A stretch of 34,786 nucleotides of DNA from a virus, in IMG/VR virus record IMGVR_UViG_3300045988_092324, positions 1 through 34,786 of that record. One strand, written 5' to 3'. The notes under the pieces are model-generated. The model was not told the DNA's origin. It worked only from the letters and a program-made list of their open reading frames with translations, and ran no database searches. The number at the start of each line of letters is the position of its first letter. The first letter of the stretch is position 1. Of the stretch, positions 7,387 to 14,921 are shown one piece after another. A program made the translations under genes and the position numbers.

Positions 7387-7497
7387 ATGAACGAGAACTA
7401 CATCGACATCGAGCTGGGCGGCTGGAACATCCCCGAGGCCATCACGGTCGAGGCCGAGCCCGCCGAGGCCCGCGACTTTTCCGACTTCGAGCTGTAG
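7387..7497 (+). CDS. Small acidic protein (36 aa), hypothetical
   Basis: Below the track size cut-off. ATG preceded by ACGGAGAG. Translation is MNENYIDIELGGWNIPEAITVEAEPAEARDFSDFEL. GC3-rich and fills an operon gap. Confidence 0.45.
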   Translation: MNENYIDIELGGWNIPEAITVEAEPAEARDFSDFEL

Positions 7498-7508
7498 GGG
7501 AGGGCGAC

Positions 7509-7802
7509 ATGAGCACCAGGAAGAACTACCCCGTCACCTTCGCGCCGAACGAGGACCTCGACGGCGCCATGTGCGAGACGACGGAGTCGGTGGTGAACCG
7601 CATCTGCCACCTGTTCGGCTTCGCTGACTGGGCCGTGAGCATGGTCGAGGGCGACCTCGACAGCGCCGAGATCGCCGGCACGCGCTACTACGCGTACACC
7701 TCCGTGCGCTTCACCGCCAACGGCATCGGCTGGTCGACGGACTTCGAGGACCTGGTCCGCGACGAGGCGCTCGACGAGCAGCCCGCCGGCTCCGAACGCT
7801 AG
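7509..7802 (+). CDS. Hypothetical early protein (97 aa)
   Basis: RBS GGGGAGGG. Non-biased composition and operon context. Confidence 0.65.
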   Translation: MSTRKNYPVTFAPNEDLDGAMCETTESVVNRICHLFGFADWAVSMVEGDLDSAEIAGTRYYAYTSVRFTANGIGWSTDFEDLVRDEALDEQPAGSER

Positions 7803-7812
7803 GGAGGGCGTC

Positions 7813-8145
7813 ATGGGAGACGTGAAGATGCGCCGCGAGAACATCAGGTACGAGGCGCGCGGGAAGTCCTTCGAGATCGAGTGCCCGAGCGGCTTCTCGG
7901 GCATCGAGGCCATCGTCTGCTGGTGCGACGCCGGCGGCGGCTGGCACCGCGAGGCCTTCGAGTCGTTCCTCGACGCCCGCGGGCGACTGGACGGGCTGCT
8001 GCGCGGCGAGGCGGTCATGGCCTACGTCCAGCGCACGGTCTGCATGAACACCGCCGACGCCATCGACCCCGGCATCCAGCCGGTTGAGGTCGGCCTCGCC
8101 GCGGGCGAGTGGGTCATGTATCAGCTGCAGAAGGGGCGTGAGTAG
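7813..8145 (+). CDS. Hypothetical early protein (110 aa)
   Basis: RBS GGGAGGG 5 nt upstream and operon context. Confidence 0.65.
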   Translation: MGDVKMRRENIRYEARGKSFEIECPSGFSGIEAIVCWCDAGGGWHREAFESFLDARGRLDGLLRGEAVMAYVQRTVCMNTADAIDPGIQPVEVGLAAGEWVMYQLQKGRE

Positions 8146-8147
8146 CG

Positions 8148-8360
8148 ATGTTGAACCTTATCCATGCGGCCGTCCGGGTCTTCCTCGACGTTCTCGCGGT
8201 CGCGTTCGTGCTAGAGCACACCCGCGAGCTTCATGAGAAACATCGCGAGATCAACGACGCGCCCAAGCAGGTCGCAGGCGTCGTTGATGAACCCGGCGAG
8301 GACGATCGCGGCGCTGATGCGAGGGTGCCGCTCGACCCAGTCGACGAGCCGCACGAGTAG
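8148..8360 (+). CDS. Possible small membrane protein (70 aa); coding strand uncertain
   Basis: Starts 3 nt after the previous stop. Has a hydrophobic N-terminus. An antisense ORF (8211-8447) has equally good codon bias, so the call is weak. Confidence 0.35.
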   Translation: MLNLIHAAVRVFLDVLAVAFVLEHTRELHEKHREINDAPKQVAGVVDEPGEDDRGADARVPLDPVDEPHE

Positions 8361-8646
8361 GGGGGCCGCTGGTCGGACGTGCTTCGGGCGATATGTCTGC
8401 TGTCTACGAATCATGGCCCGAAGCCTAACGCGTGTGTAACGCGTCAACGCGGGTATTGCCGCTCAGGCAACCCGCAGGCCCCATCACCGGGGCGGCACCG
8501 TTGCCCCGCGGCTCTCCAATAACCATCCGCGGGGACGTTCCCTACCGGTGCCGTGCCGGGGGCGGGGCCCCGAAAGCAAGCAACAAAAAAGGAGCCGCCC
8601 GGTGTGGAAAGCGGGGACGGCTCCCTGACCTGAAAGGAGGTCACTC
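8361..8646. other. Structured GC-rich non-coding gap (possible ncRNA, leader or origin-like element)
   Basis: 9-bp stem 8382-8390/8417-8425. AACGCG x3 at 8428-8452. Nested stems 8494-8501/8547-8554 and 8505-8512/8528-8535. Palindrome CGGGGCCCCG at 8564-8573. Hairpin 8592-8625 preceded by A6 (a minus-strand terminator shape). Confidence 0.5.
8586..8625 (-). terminator. Intrinsic-terminator-shaped hairpin oriented for leftward transcription
   Basis: GGAGCCG (8592-8598) pairs with CGGCTCC (8619-8625), plus an inner CCCG/CGGG. On the minus strand it is followed by TTTTTT (8586-8591). Confidence 0.5.
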
Positions 8647-8895
8647 ATGGATTCTAGCAGAGCCAAAACGTTCCAGCAGATGGCCGACGAGCTTGGCATC
8701 AGGCACAAGCTGATGTACACGCTGCGCGAGGCGTCGAGGGTGACGGGGGTGCCCTACGACACGCTGCGCATCGAGTGCAAGGCGGGCCGCCTGCGCTCGC
8801 AGCTGCCCGAGGGGCGCAAGGTGGGGCGCATGGTGCGCCCGGAATGGGTGGAGCAGTGGATCGAGGAGGGAACGCATGGCATCGAGGCTGCTTAG
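8647..8895 (+). CDS. Excisionase/MerR-type (HTH_17-like) DNA-binding protein
   Basis: RBS AAAGGAGG. The pattern MYTLREASRVTGVPYDTLRIECKAGRL...V..EWVEQWIEE is typical of excisionase-family HTH proteins. Confidence 0.7.
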   Translation: MDSSRAKTFQQMADELGIRHKLMYTLREASRVTGVPYDTLRIECKAGRLRSQLPEGRKVGRMVRPEWVEQWIEEGTHGIEAA

Positions 8896-9016
8896 GTGCG
8901 CTGCGTACATCGCGCTCCTGTTCGCGGTGTACGCGCTCATGCCTTACGTCCTGCGGGCGATGCTGCTCGCGGCGGACGGTGTCCGCGTCGTGCTCGGGAT
9001 GGGGTCGGTACTGTGA
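8876..9016 (+). CDS. Small hydrophobic protein (46 aa), translationally coupled
   Basis: Not in the track. RBS GAGGAGGG. Translation is MASRLLRCAAYIALLFAVYALMPYVLRAMLLAADGVRVVLGMGSVL. Very high GC3. Its TGA overlaps the RusA GTG (GTGA). Confidence 0.5.
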   Translation: MASRLLRCAAYIALLFAVYALMPYVLRAMLLAADGVRVVLGMGSVL

Positions 9017-9471
9017 TCGGCAGGCGATTCGCGTTCACCGTCCCGTTCGTGGCGGGCAAGCAGCGCCACAGGCTCGACCGACGCCACGCGCGGATGTACA
9101 CGCCTAACGAGACCATCCGCAACGAGGCCGCCATCCGCGACGCGGCGCTCAAGGCCATGCGGGAGGCGTACCCGGGTCTCAAGGGGATGCTGTTCCCGTT
9201 CAGGGTCCCCGTCGCGGTACGCATCGACGCGTACGGCCCGCTGCCGGAGTCGAGGCCGAAGCGCGTCACGTCGGAGCCTTACACGTTCAAGCCGGACGCG
9301 GACAACATAGCCAAGCTGGTGCTGGACGGGATGAACGGGGCGGTCTGGGGTGACGACAGCCAGGTGGTCGAGCTCCATGTCGTCAAGTGGCCCCGAATGC
9401 GCGGCATCGAACCGCACATGGACATACAGGTATATCGCGGCTGGGCAGACCCAGCCGAGGAGAAAAAGTAG
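9013..9471 (+). CDS. rusA: RusA-family Holliday junction resolvase
   Basis: The GTG at 9013 was chosen because the track N-terminus is Arg-rich. Hallmark KPDADNIAKLVLDGMNGAVWGDDSQVVEL. Confidence 0.85.
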   Translation: MIGRRFAFTVPFVAGKQRHRLDRRHARMYTPNETIRNEAAIRDAALKAMREAYPGLKGMLFPFRVPVAVRIDAYGPLPESRPKRVTSEPYTFKPDADNIAKLVLDGMNGAVWGDDSQVVELHVVKWPRMRGIEPHMDIQVYRGWADPAEEKK

Positions 9472-9487
9472 AAACGGAGACATAGAA

Positions 9488-9784
9488 ATGAAACGCAAGG
9501 CACTCAAGGAACTCATGAGGCAGGCCGTGGGCAACGTCCTCATCAACACGGAGCTCAACGCCGAGGCGTTCAAGAAGGATATCGACCCCGCAGTGCTCCG
9601 CGGCGTCGCCTACGGTATGGCGGTCGCGCCCGTGATGATGGACGAGGAGCCCATCGAGTTCGACCGCGAGTTCCTTGCCGTCATCATCGCGTATGCCAAG
9701 AAGTGCGATGACGTCTACGCCGAGAGCGGCGCCGTCGCCACGATCTCCAAGCTCTACGGATGCGAGGTGAGAGTCGATGAGTAA
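9488..9784 (+). CDS. Hypothetical protein (98 aa)
   Basis: ATG at 9488 with ACGGAGA upstream. The track ORF's upstream extension overlaps rusA. Confidence 0.6.
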   Translation: MKRKALKELMRQAVGNVLINTELNAEAFKKDIDPAVLRGVAYGMAVAPVMMDEEPIEFDREFLAVIIAYAKKCDDVYAESGAVATISKLYGCEVRVDE

Positions 9785-10694
9785 CGGGATCATCGAGTAC
9801 AAGGACGACGCGGGCATGCCCGTGAAGTTCACCTCGCAGGACATCCGCGAGCGCCTGTGCCCGAACGCGACCGAAAGCGAGCTGGCGCTGTGCGTGGAGC
9901 TTTGCAACCGCCAGCACCTGAACCCGTTCACCAAGGAGGTGTACCTGGTCAAGTACGGCAGCGCCCCGGCGAGCATCATCACTTCCTACCAGGTGTTCAA
10001 CCGCCGCGCGAACCGCCAGCCCAACTACGGCGGCATCGAGAGCGGCGTCGTGGTGCTCCGCGACGGCGAGGTCGTCAAGAAGAAGGGCTCCGCAGTCTAC
10101 AAGATGATCGGGGAGCAGCTCATCGGCGGCTGGGCAGAGGTCGCGTTCACCGACGGCAAGAAGCCCGCATACGTCGAGCTGGCGCTCACCGACTACAGCA
10201 CCGGCAAGAGCAACTGGGCGAAGATGCCGGGCGTCATGATCGAGAAGTGCGCCAAGGCCGGCGCGTGGCGCCTGGCCTACCCCGACGAGTTCGGCGGGAT
10301 GTACACGGGCGAGGAGATGGACCAGAAGGTCGAACGCGACATGCACGCCGGCACTCAGGCCGTCGAGGCCGAGAGCGTCGAGCCCGTGGCCGACCTGCAG
10401 CCCGTGCGCGAGCTGTTCAAGCCGTTCATGGCGGCGACTGGGCTCGACAGCGCCGGGGCCATGGCTGCCATCTGCGCCGCCGTGGGCTGCACGTCGGGCT
10501 CCATGCACGACATGACGCTCATGCAGGCGCGCCGCGCGGCCTCGTGGATGGAGGAGGAGATCGCGGCCCGCAAGGCGCAACCCGAGCCCGCCGTCCCCGA
10601 ACCGGAGCCCGCGCCCGCCTATGAGCCCGCGCCCGCCTATGAGCCCGCGCCCGCCGAGTACGCGACCGACGACGACCTTCTGGGAGGCTTCTGA
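9777..10694 (+). CDS. recT: RecT/Bet-family single-strand annealing recombinase
   Basis: LALCVELCNRQHLNPFTKEVYLVKYG... and WAKMPGVMIEKCAKAGAWRLAYPDEFGGMY are typical of RecT/Bet. The C-terminus carries PAPAYE repeats. Confidence 0.85.
   Translation: MSNGIIEYKDDAGMPVKFTSQDIRERLCPNATESELALCVELCNRQHLNPFTKEVYLVKYGSAPASIITSYQVFNRRANRQPNYGGIESGVVVLRDGEVVKKKGSAVYKMIGEQLIGGWAEVAFTDGKKPAYVELALTDYSTGKSNWAKMPGVMIEKCAKAGAWRLAYPDEFGGMYTGEEMDQKVERDMHAGTQAVEAESVEPVADLQPVRELFKPFMAATGLDSAGAMAAICAAVGCTSGSMHDMTLMQARRAASWMEEEIAARKAQPEPAVPEPEPAPAYEPAPAYEPAPAEYATDDDLLGGF
10605..10655. repeat. Tandem 18-bp repeat (about 2.8 copies) inside the recT 3' end
   Basis: GAGCCCGCGCCCGCCTAT at 10605-10622 and 10623-10640, with a partial third copy. 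Encodes (E)PAPAY repeats. Confidence 0.9.
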
Positions 10695-11680
10695 TGGCAG
10701 ACGAGGTTTTGGCGGTCGAGGCCGTGCCGCTCGAGGAGGACTTCGACACGCTGGTGGCGTCTCTCGCCATCGACGACACGCTCGAGGACAAGCTGGCACA
10801 GCTCAAGAAGGAAGTCGACGAGAAGCTGGCGGACTACGTGGACGTCAAGCGCATCGAGAAGGACGAGGACTTCAAGGCGGCGAAGAAGTACCGCGCGGCG
10901 GTCAACGACGTGAAGAAGCCCATCGAGGCGCAGCGCAAGGCCGCGAAGAAGAAGTACAGCGACCTGCTCAAGACGTTCGACAAGACCATCGGCGAGATCA
11001 CGGCGCCGATCGACAGGCTCTCCGATGAGTACAAGGCCGAGATCGACCGCTACGACGGAGAGTGCAGGGCCCGGCGCCTCGCCGCGCTCGAGGGCCACTA
11101 CTACGACCTCGCGGGCGAGATGGGGCCGCTGGTGCCATACGAGCGCATCGCCGACGACAGGTGGCTCAACGCGAGCTTCGGCGAGGTCAAGGCCAAGAAC
11201 ATCATCGAGCGCCGGGTGGGCGAGCTGCTGCACCAGTTCAAGTTCGTCAACGGCCTCGACTACGCGGACGAGGACGAGAGGGCGTGGGCCGTCGCGTGGT
11301 GGGCGAGGACGCTGCCGGCGGACTCGGGCGAGGTGGCGGCGGCTGTCGCCGCGCACCGCGAGGAGGTCGCCAAGGCCGCCGCGCTCGCGGCGACCTACGA
11401 GCAGGCGATGGCGCCCGCACCGGAGCCCGAGTCGGAGCCCGCGCCGCTGCCGCCCGAGCCCGCGCCGGTGCCCGCCGAGGAACCTGAGCCGCCCCTGGGC
11501 GTGCCGAGGTGCGTGCGGGTGGTGCCGTCGCGCCCCGAGCCGGATGTGGCCGAGGATGCGGCCCCGGCACCGCAGAGGGGCTACCGCGTGGTCATCGAGT
11601 GCGCCACGGCGGACGAGCTGCGCCGCGTGAGGGCCGTCATGGTCGAGAACGGCATCCACGGATACGTCGAGAGGATGTAG
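10694..11680 (+). CDS. DUF1351-like recombination-module protein (328 aa)
   Basis: Lys/Glu-rich coiled N-terminal half (KKPIEAQRKAAKKKYSDLLKTFDKTIGEI) directly after RecT, as in many RecT modules. Pro/Glu-rich linker and small C-terminal domain. Confidence 0.6.
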   Translation: MADEVLAVEAVPLEEDFDTLVASLAIDDTLEDKLAQLKKEVDEKLADYVDVKRIEKDEDFKAAKKYRAAVNDVKKPIEAQRKAAKKKYSDLLKTFDKTIGEITAPIDRLSDEYKAEIDRYDGECRARRLAALEGHYYDLAGEMGPLVPYERIADDRWLNASFGEVKAKNIIERRVGELLHQFKFVNGLDYADEDERAWAVAWWARTLPADSGEVAAAVAAHREEVAKAAALAATYEQAMAPAPEPESEPAPLPPEPAPVPAEEPEPPLGVPRCVRVVPSRPEPDVAEDAAPAPQRGYRVVIECATADELRRVRAVMVENGIHGYVERM

Positions 11681-11683
11681 GAC

Positions 11684-12025
11684 ATGGAGGAGAAAAACCT
11701 GCCGCCGCTCCGAACGCCGGAGCAGCGCAAGGAGGCGATGGCGAAGGCCATCCACACGCGCCGCGAGCGCGCCGCGTTCAAGGCGGCGTGCAAGGCGGGG
11801 AACATCCCGCCCGAGGTCGCCATCGAGGCTCCCATCGCGGCAAGGCTCAAGGTCGACGAGTTCGCCCGCTCGTTCCCGGGCATCGGCCCGGTCACGGCGC
11901 AGAAGATCGTCGAGGTGTGCCACATCCGCGACGGCCGCCGCGTGAGCGGCCTGGGCTACATGCAGGGGCCGCGCCTCGTCGATGCCATCAAGGGCTGCAT
12001 GACCGCAAAGGAGGACGGGCAGTGA
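11684..12025 (+). CDS. Actinobacterial-type integration host factor (mIHF-like)
   Basis: Collinear similarity to mycobacterial mIHF, recalled from memory: LTPEQRKEA..KA...RRERA..K, KV.EF..SFPGIGPVTAQKI and RRVSGLG. Confidence 0.7.
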   Translation: MEEKNLPPLRTPEQRKEAMAKAIHTRRERAAFKAACKAGNIPPEVAIEAPIAARLKVDEFARSFPGIGPVTAQKIVEVCHIRDGRRVSGLGYMQGPRLVDAIKGCMTAKEDGQ

Positions 12026-12471
12026 GCATCAATCGAGTGAACATCACCGGCAACCTCACTCGCGACCCGGAGCTGCGCGCCACCGCGGGCGGGACGCAGG
12101 TCCTGTCCTTCGGCGTCGCCGTGAACGACCGCCGACGCAACGCGCAGACGGGCGAGTGGGAGGACTATCCCAACTTCGTCGACTGCACCATGTTCGGCAA
12201 CCGCGCCGAGGCCGTGGGCCGTTTCCTTGCCAAGGGGATGAAGGTCGCCATCGAGGGCAAGCTGCGCTACAGCTCCTGGGATAAGGATGGCCAGAAGCGC
12301 TCGAAGCTCGAGGTGATCGTCGACGAGCTCGATGTCATGGTGCGCCGCGAGGGGCAGGCGCAGGCCCAGCCGCAGCAGAGCCTCGCGGACACGGTGCCCG
12401 TGCAGCCACAGGCGCAGGCCTACGCCGCGGCCCCGCAGCCCGAGTTCTACGACGAGGACGTGCCGTTCTGA
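12022..12471 (+). CDS. ssb: Single-stranded DNA-binding protein
   Basis: The GTG overlaps the preceding TGA. OB-fold N-terminus INRVNITGNLTRDPELR. Gln/Ala-rich linker and acidic tip DEDVPF. Confidence 0.92.
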   Translation: MSINRVNITGNLTRDPELRATAGGTQVLSFGVAVNDRRRNAQTGEWEDYPNFVDCTMFGNRAEAVGRFLAKGMKVAIEGKLRYSSWDKDGQKRSKLEVIVDELDVMVRREGQAQAQPQQSLADTVPVQPQAQAYAAAPQPEFYDEDVPF

Positions 12472-12581
12472 TGAGGCGCGTACCCGACACCATCCGCGAC
12501 CACTGGGAGGCGGCCCTGTTCGCCGCCTCCTTCGCCGCGGGGTTCCTGTTCTTCTCTTCGCTTCTATGGGGGTGGTTCTGA
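12471..12581 (+). CDS. Small hydrophobic protein (36 aa), coupled at both ends
   Basis: Not in the track. TGATG overlaps at both start and stop. Translation is MRRVPDTIRDHWEAALFAASFAAGFLFFSSLLWGWF. Confidence 0.45.
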   Translation: MRRVPDTIRDHWEAALFAASFAAGFLFFSSLLWGWF

Positions 12582-13405
12582 TGGCCAAGGACTTCACGGT
12601 TTTCGCCAACTCGATAGCCGAGCTTTACGACGATTACGACCCGAACGACCCCGAGGACATGAGGGAGCGCATGATGCTCGCGGACGCGGTGCTCATGTAC
12701 GGCCTCCACGGGGTCGAGATCGAGTTGCCCAAGAACGTCAAGAGGGCCTTCAAGGGACTCAAGAACGCCATCGACAACTCCAAGGAAAGGCGAGAGCAGG
12801 CCAAGAAAGGCGGCAGGCCCCGCAAGGCCAAGGCAGAGCCGGAGCCCGAACCCAAGCCTGAGCAAAAACCCGAAACCGAGGTTTCCGAAAGCGAAAACCC
12901 TAACCTAGCCTATCCTAGCCTAGCTTTACCTAGCCTAGCTTGTGTTGATGGTACGCGCAGCGGCGACGCCGACGGCTTCGCCCCGCCGACCCTTGACGAG
13001 TGCCGCGCGTACTTCGCCGCAAACTGCATCAGCGGCGACCCCGACAAGTTCTGGGCGCACTACGAGTCGCAGGGCTGGATCCGCTCGAACGGGATGCCCG
13101 TGACCTCGCTCAAGGCCGCGGCGATGCTGTGGAACGGCAACCAGAAGCGCCTCGACGCCGAGGCCCATGCCCGCGGCAAGCCGACCGATGCCGAGATTCA
13201 GGCCGCCACGTTCAAGCCGACGAGGACGCCCGAGCAGACGAGGGCCGAGCTCGAGCGCAGGTGGCGCGAGGAACATCCGGGCATCGACCCGGCGAAAGTG
13301 AAGGCCCCGAGGGGGACGACCGCCGACCCGGTGGCGCTCAGGGCGTACCAGGACGCGCGGAGGCTGCTGGCCGCCCGCGCCGCGTGCGAGAGGAGGGCGT
13401 CGTGA
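12581..13405 (+). CDS. Putative replisome organiser / replication initiation helper
   Basis: Start at ATG 12581. The N-terminal domain ends in a KKGGRPRK motif. The C-terminal block TLDECRAYFAANCISGDPDKFWAHYESQGWIRSNGMPVTSLKAAAMLW resembles DnaD-like phage replication proteins. A repeat cluster is embedded mid-gene. Confidence 0.55.
   Translation: MAKDFTVFANSIAELYDDYDPNDPEDMRERMMLADAVLMYGLHGVEIELPKNVKRAFKGLKNAIDNSKERREQAKKGGRPRKAKAEPEPEPKPEQKPETEVSESENPNLAYPSLALPSLACVDGTRSGDADGFAPPTLDECRAYFAANCISGDPDKFWAHYESQGWIRSNGMPVTSLKAAAMLWNGNQKRLDAEAHARGKPTDAEIQAATFKPTRTPEQTRAELERRWREEHPGIDPAKVKAPRGTTADPVALRAYQDARRLLAARAACERRAS
12903..12941. repeat. CTAG-rich iteron-like repeats inside the replication gene (candidate ori)
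   Basis: CCTAGCCTA at 12904, 12914 and 12929. CCTAGCCTAGCTT is repeated at 12914-12926 and 12929-12941 (15-bp period). Six CTAG tetranucleotides fall within about 40 bp. Confidence 0.5.
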
Positions 13406-13620
13406 ACCTCGAGAGGGACGGGGCGCCGGACATCCCCGACGGCGCCGTGAGGTGCTGCGAGACGTGCGACCGCTGGGTGCCGGGCGACGGGTGCGGCATC
13501 TGCGCCCACCGGGCCGAGTCGGCCGTGCTGCCGCGCGGCGTGGACCTCGACGCGATGGCCGCGAGCATCACGCAGGGCGACCACTCCTGCGGGAGGTGGG
13601 AGCCGTGGCGCGGGCTGTGA
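13402..13620 (+). CDS. Small Cys-rich (zinc-ribbon-like) protein (72 aa)
   Basis: GTGA overlap with the upstream stop. RBS GAGGAGGG. Cys motifs are CCETC...GCGIC...HSCGRWE. Confidence 0.6.
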   Translation: MNLERDGAPDIPDGAVRCCETCDRWVPGDGCGICAHRAESAVLPRGVDLDAMAASITQGDHSCGRWEPWRGL

Positions 13621-14003
13621 GGCCGTGCGAGGGACAGGCCGCGCTCGACCTGTTCGGGCCGCCGCGCAGGCGCCCCATCGACGAGGACCTGCGCTGGCTC
13701 GTGAGGGTCTGGGGCTGCCGCGAGGAGGACGTCATGCCGCACCTCAGGCGCCTCTACGCCGAGTTCGCGGCGTGGGACGCCGACGAGCGGGCGAAGGTGC
13801 TCGTCGACTTCTACTGGCCGCGCCACAAGCCCGCGTTCGACGGGCTGACGCCAGAGCAGGTCGGGATGTACGACCGGACCATCGACTACCACACGGCATG
13901 GGACCGCTGCTGGGCGATCAAGCGGGGCATGGACCCGCGCGAGGCGCTCAAAGTCGTGTCGTGGGACTACGGAAACGACAGGCCGTCCGAGACGGCGGCC
14001 TAG
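13605..14003 (+). CDS. Hypothetical protein (132 aa)
   Basis: GTG at 13605 with GGGAGGTG upstream. The downstream portion has normal composition, unlike the Arg-rich alternative frame 13625-14020. Confidence 0.55.
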   Translation: MARAVRPCEGQAALDLFGPPRRRPIDEDLRWLVRVWGCREEDVMPHLRRLYAEFAAWDADERAKVLVDFYWPRHKPAFDGLTPEQVGMYDRTIDYHTAWDRCWAIKRGMDPREALKVVSWDYGNDRPSETAA

Positions 14004-14016
14004 GAAGGAGGAGGCC

Positions 14017-14208
14017 ATGAGCTCGAGATACGGCAAATGGCCCGAGGAGGACCCGCGCCGCTGCGACGGGTGCAGGTTCGCGGAGCGCGTCGAGCGCGTG
14101 ATGGCGGCATCGGGCGACGTCCGCACCGTGTACCGCTGCGCAAGGCGCCCGGAGTTCGTGCACCGCACGCAGGCCGAGGCCCGCTGCAACTACTGGGAGG
14201 CGCGATGA
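14017..14208 (+). CDS. Small Cys-rich protein (63 aa)
   Basis: RBS GGAAGGAGGAGG. Cys motifs are RRCDGC...YRC...RCNYWE. Confidence 0.65.
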   Translation: MSSRYGKWPEEDPRRCDGCRFAERVERVMAASGDVRTVYRCARRPEFVHRTQAEARCNYWEAR

Positions 14209-14402
14209 GCGTAATCGACTGGAACATGGAGGCCCGGAACATCCTTAAGGCTGTGAGGGCCGTCGGGTACCTCGAGGGCATGAGCGCGACCCTGTGGCGG
14301 CTCGCCGGGCCGGAGATCGCCGACGAGGCGATAGTCGACTACGACAGGAGCGTGGCGGACGTCGCCGCGCTCCTGGGACTGGAGGCGAGGGACCATGACT
14401 GA
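14205..14402 (+). CDS. Hypothetical protein (65 aa)
   Basis: ATGA overlap with the upstream stop, and GGAGG upstream. Confidence 0.55.
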   Translation: MSVIDWNMEARNILKAVRAVGYLEGMSATLWRLAGPEIADEAIVDYDRSVADVAALLGLEARDHD

Positions 14403-14697
14403 CGGTTACCTGCTCAACCTGCGAACGTTCCGCGAGGTGAGGGACGACAAGGCACAGGCGCTCAAGCCGCTCGAGGAGGCGGCCGAGGTGTTCGGCGCGT
14501 GGCAGAACTGCGACGGCATACGCCAAAGCCAGATCATGACGGCGCGCCGGGCGTTCCGCGTGGACCTCATCGACGAATGTGTAGACACCGTGCAGGCGGT
14601 CGCCAACCTGCTGGCAGCCGTAGGCGCCACGCAGGGTGAGGTCGACGCCGCCATCAAGCGCATGGACGAGAGGAACTGTGGGAGAGGGCGTCTGTGA
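14395..14697 (+). CDS. MazG-like all-alpha nucleotide pyrophosphohydrolase (putative)
   Basis: 100 aa with KPLEEAAEV and LIDECVDTVQAVANLL acidic motifs, ending in ERNCGRG. The pattern is typical of small phage MazG-like proteins. Confidence 0.5.
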   Translation: MTDGYLLNLRTFREVRDDKAQALKPLEEAAEVFGAWQNCDGIRQSQIMTARRAFRVDLIDECVDTVQAVANLLAAVGATQGEVDAAIKRMDERNCGRGRL

Positions 14698-14921
14698 TGG
14701 AGACTTTGGAGCAGATCAAGGCTGATGCGGTCGAGGTGTTCTGCTACGACCGCGAGTGCAGGCCGCAGGACAGGGCGCACGCCGAGGCGGGAAGGGCGGA
14801 GGTCGCCGGCGCGAACCTCGTGCAGAACCTGCGCCGCCAGCTGACGAGCATCGAGGCGACCGTCGGGGATGCCATCGACCTGCTCGACGAGAGCACGGGG
14901 GCGGTGGAGTGCGATGAGTGA
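14694..14921 (+). CDS. Hypothetical protein (about 75 aa)
   Basis: GTGATG start context overlapping the upstream stop, and operon context. Confidence 0.55.
   Translation: MMETLEQIKADAVEVFCYDRECRPQDRAHAEAGRAEVAGANLVQNLRRQLTSIEATVGDAIDLLDESTGAVECDE

Noticed and set aside
8211-8447. Minus-strand ORF (78 aa) opposite the weak + strand call 8148-8360.
   Set aside because: Its C-terminal two-thirds have good codon bias and a hydrophobic helix. However, its 5' third uses atypical codons, no RBS is visible, and it would be the only leftward gene in a rightward operon. It is kept as an open alternative and not called.
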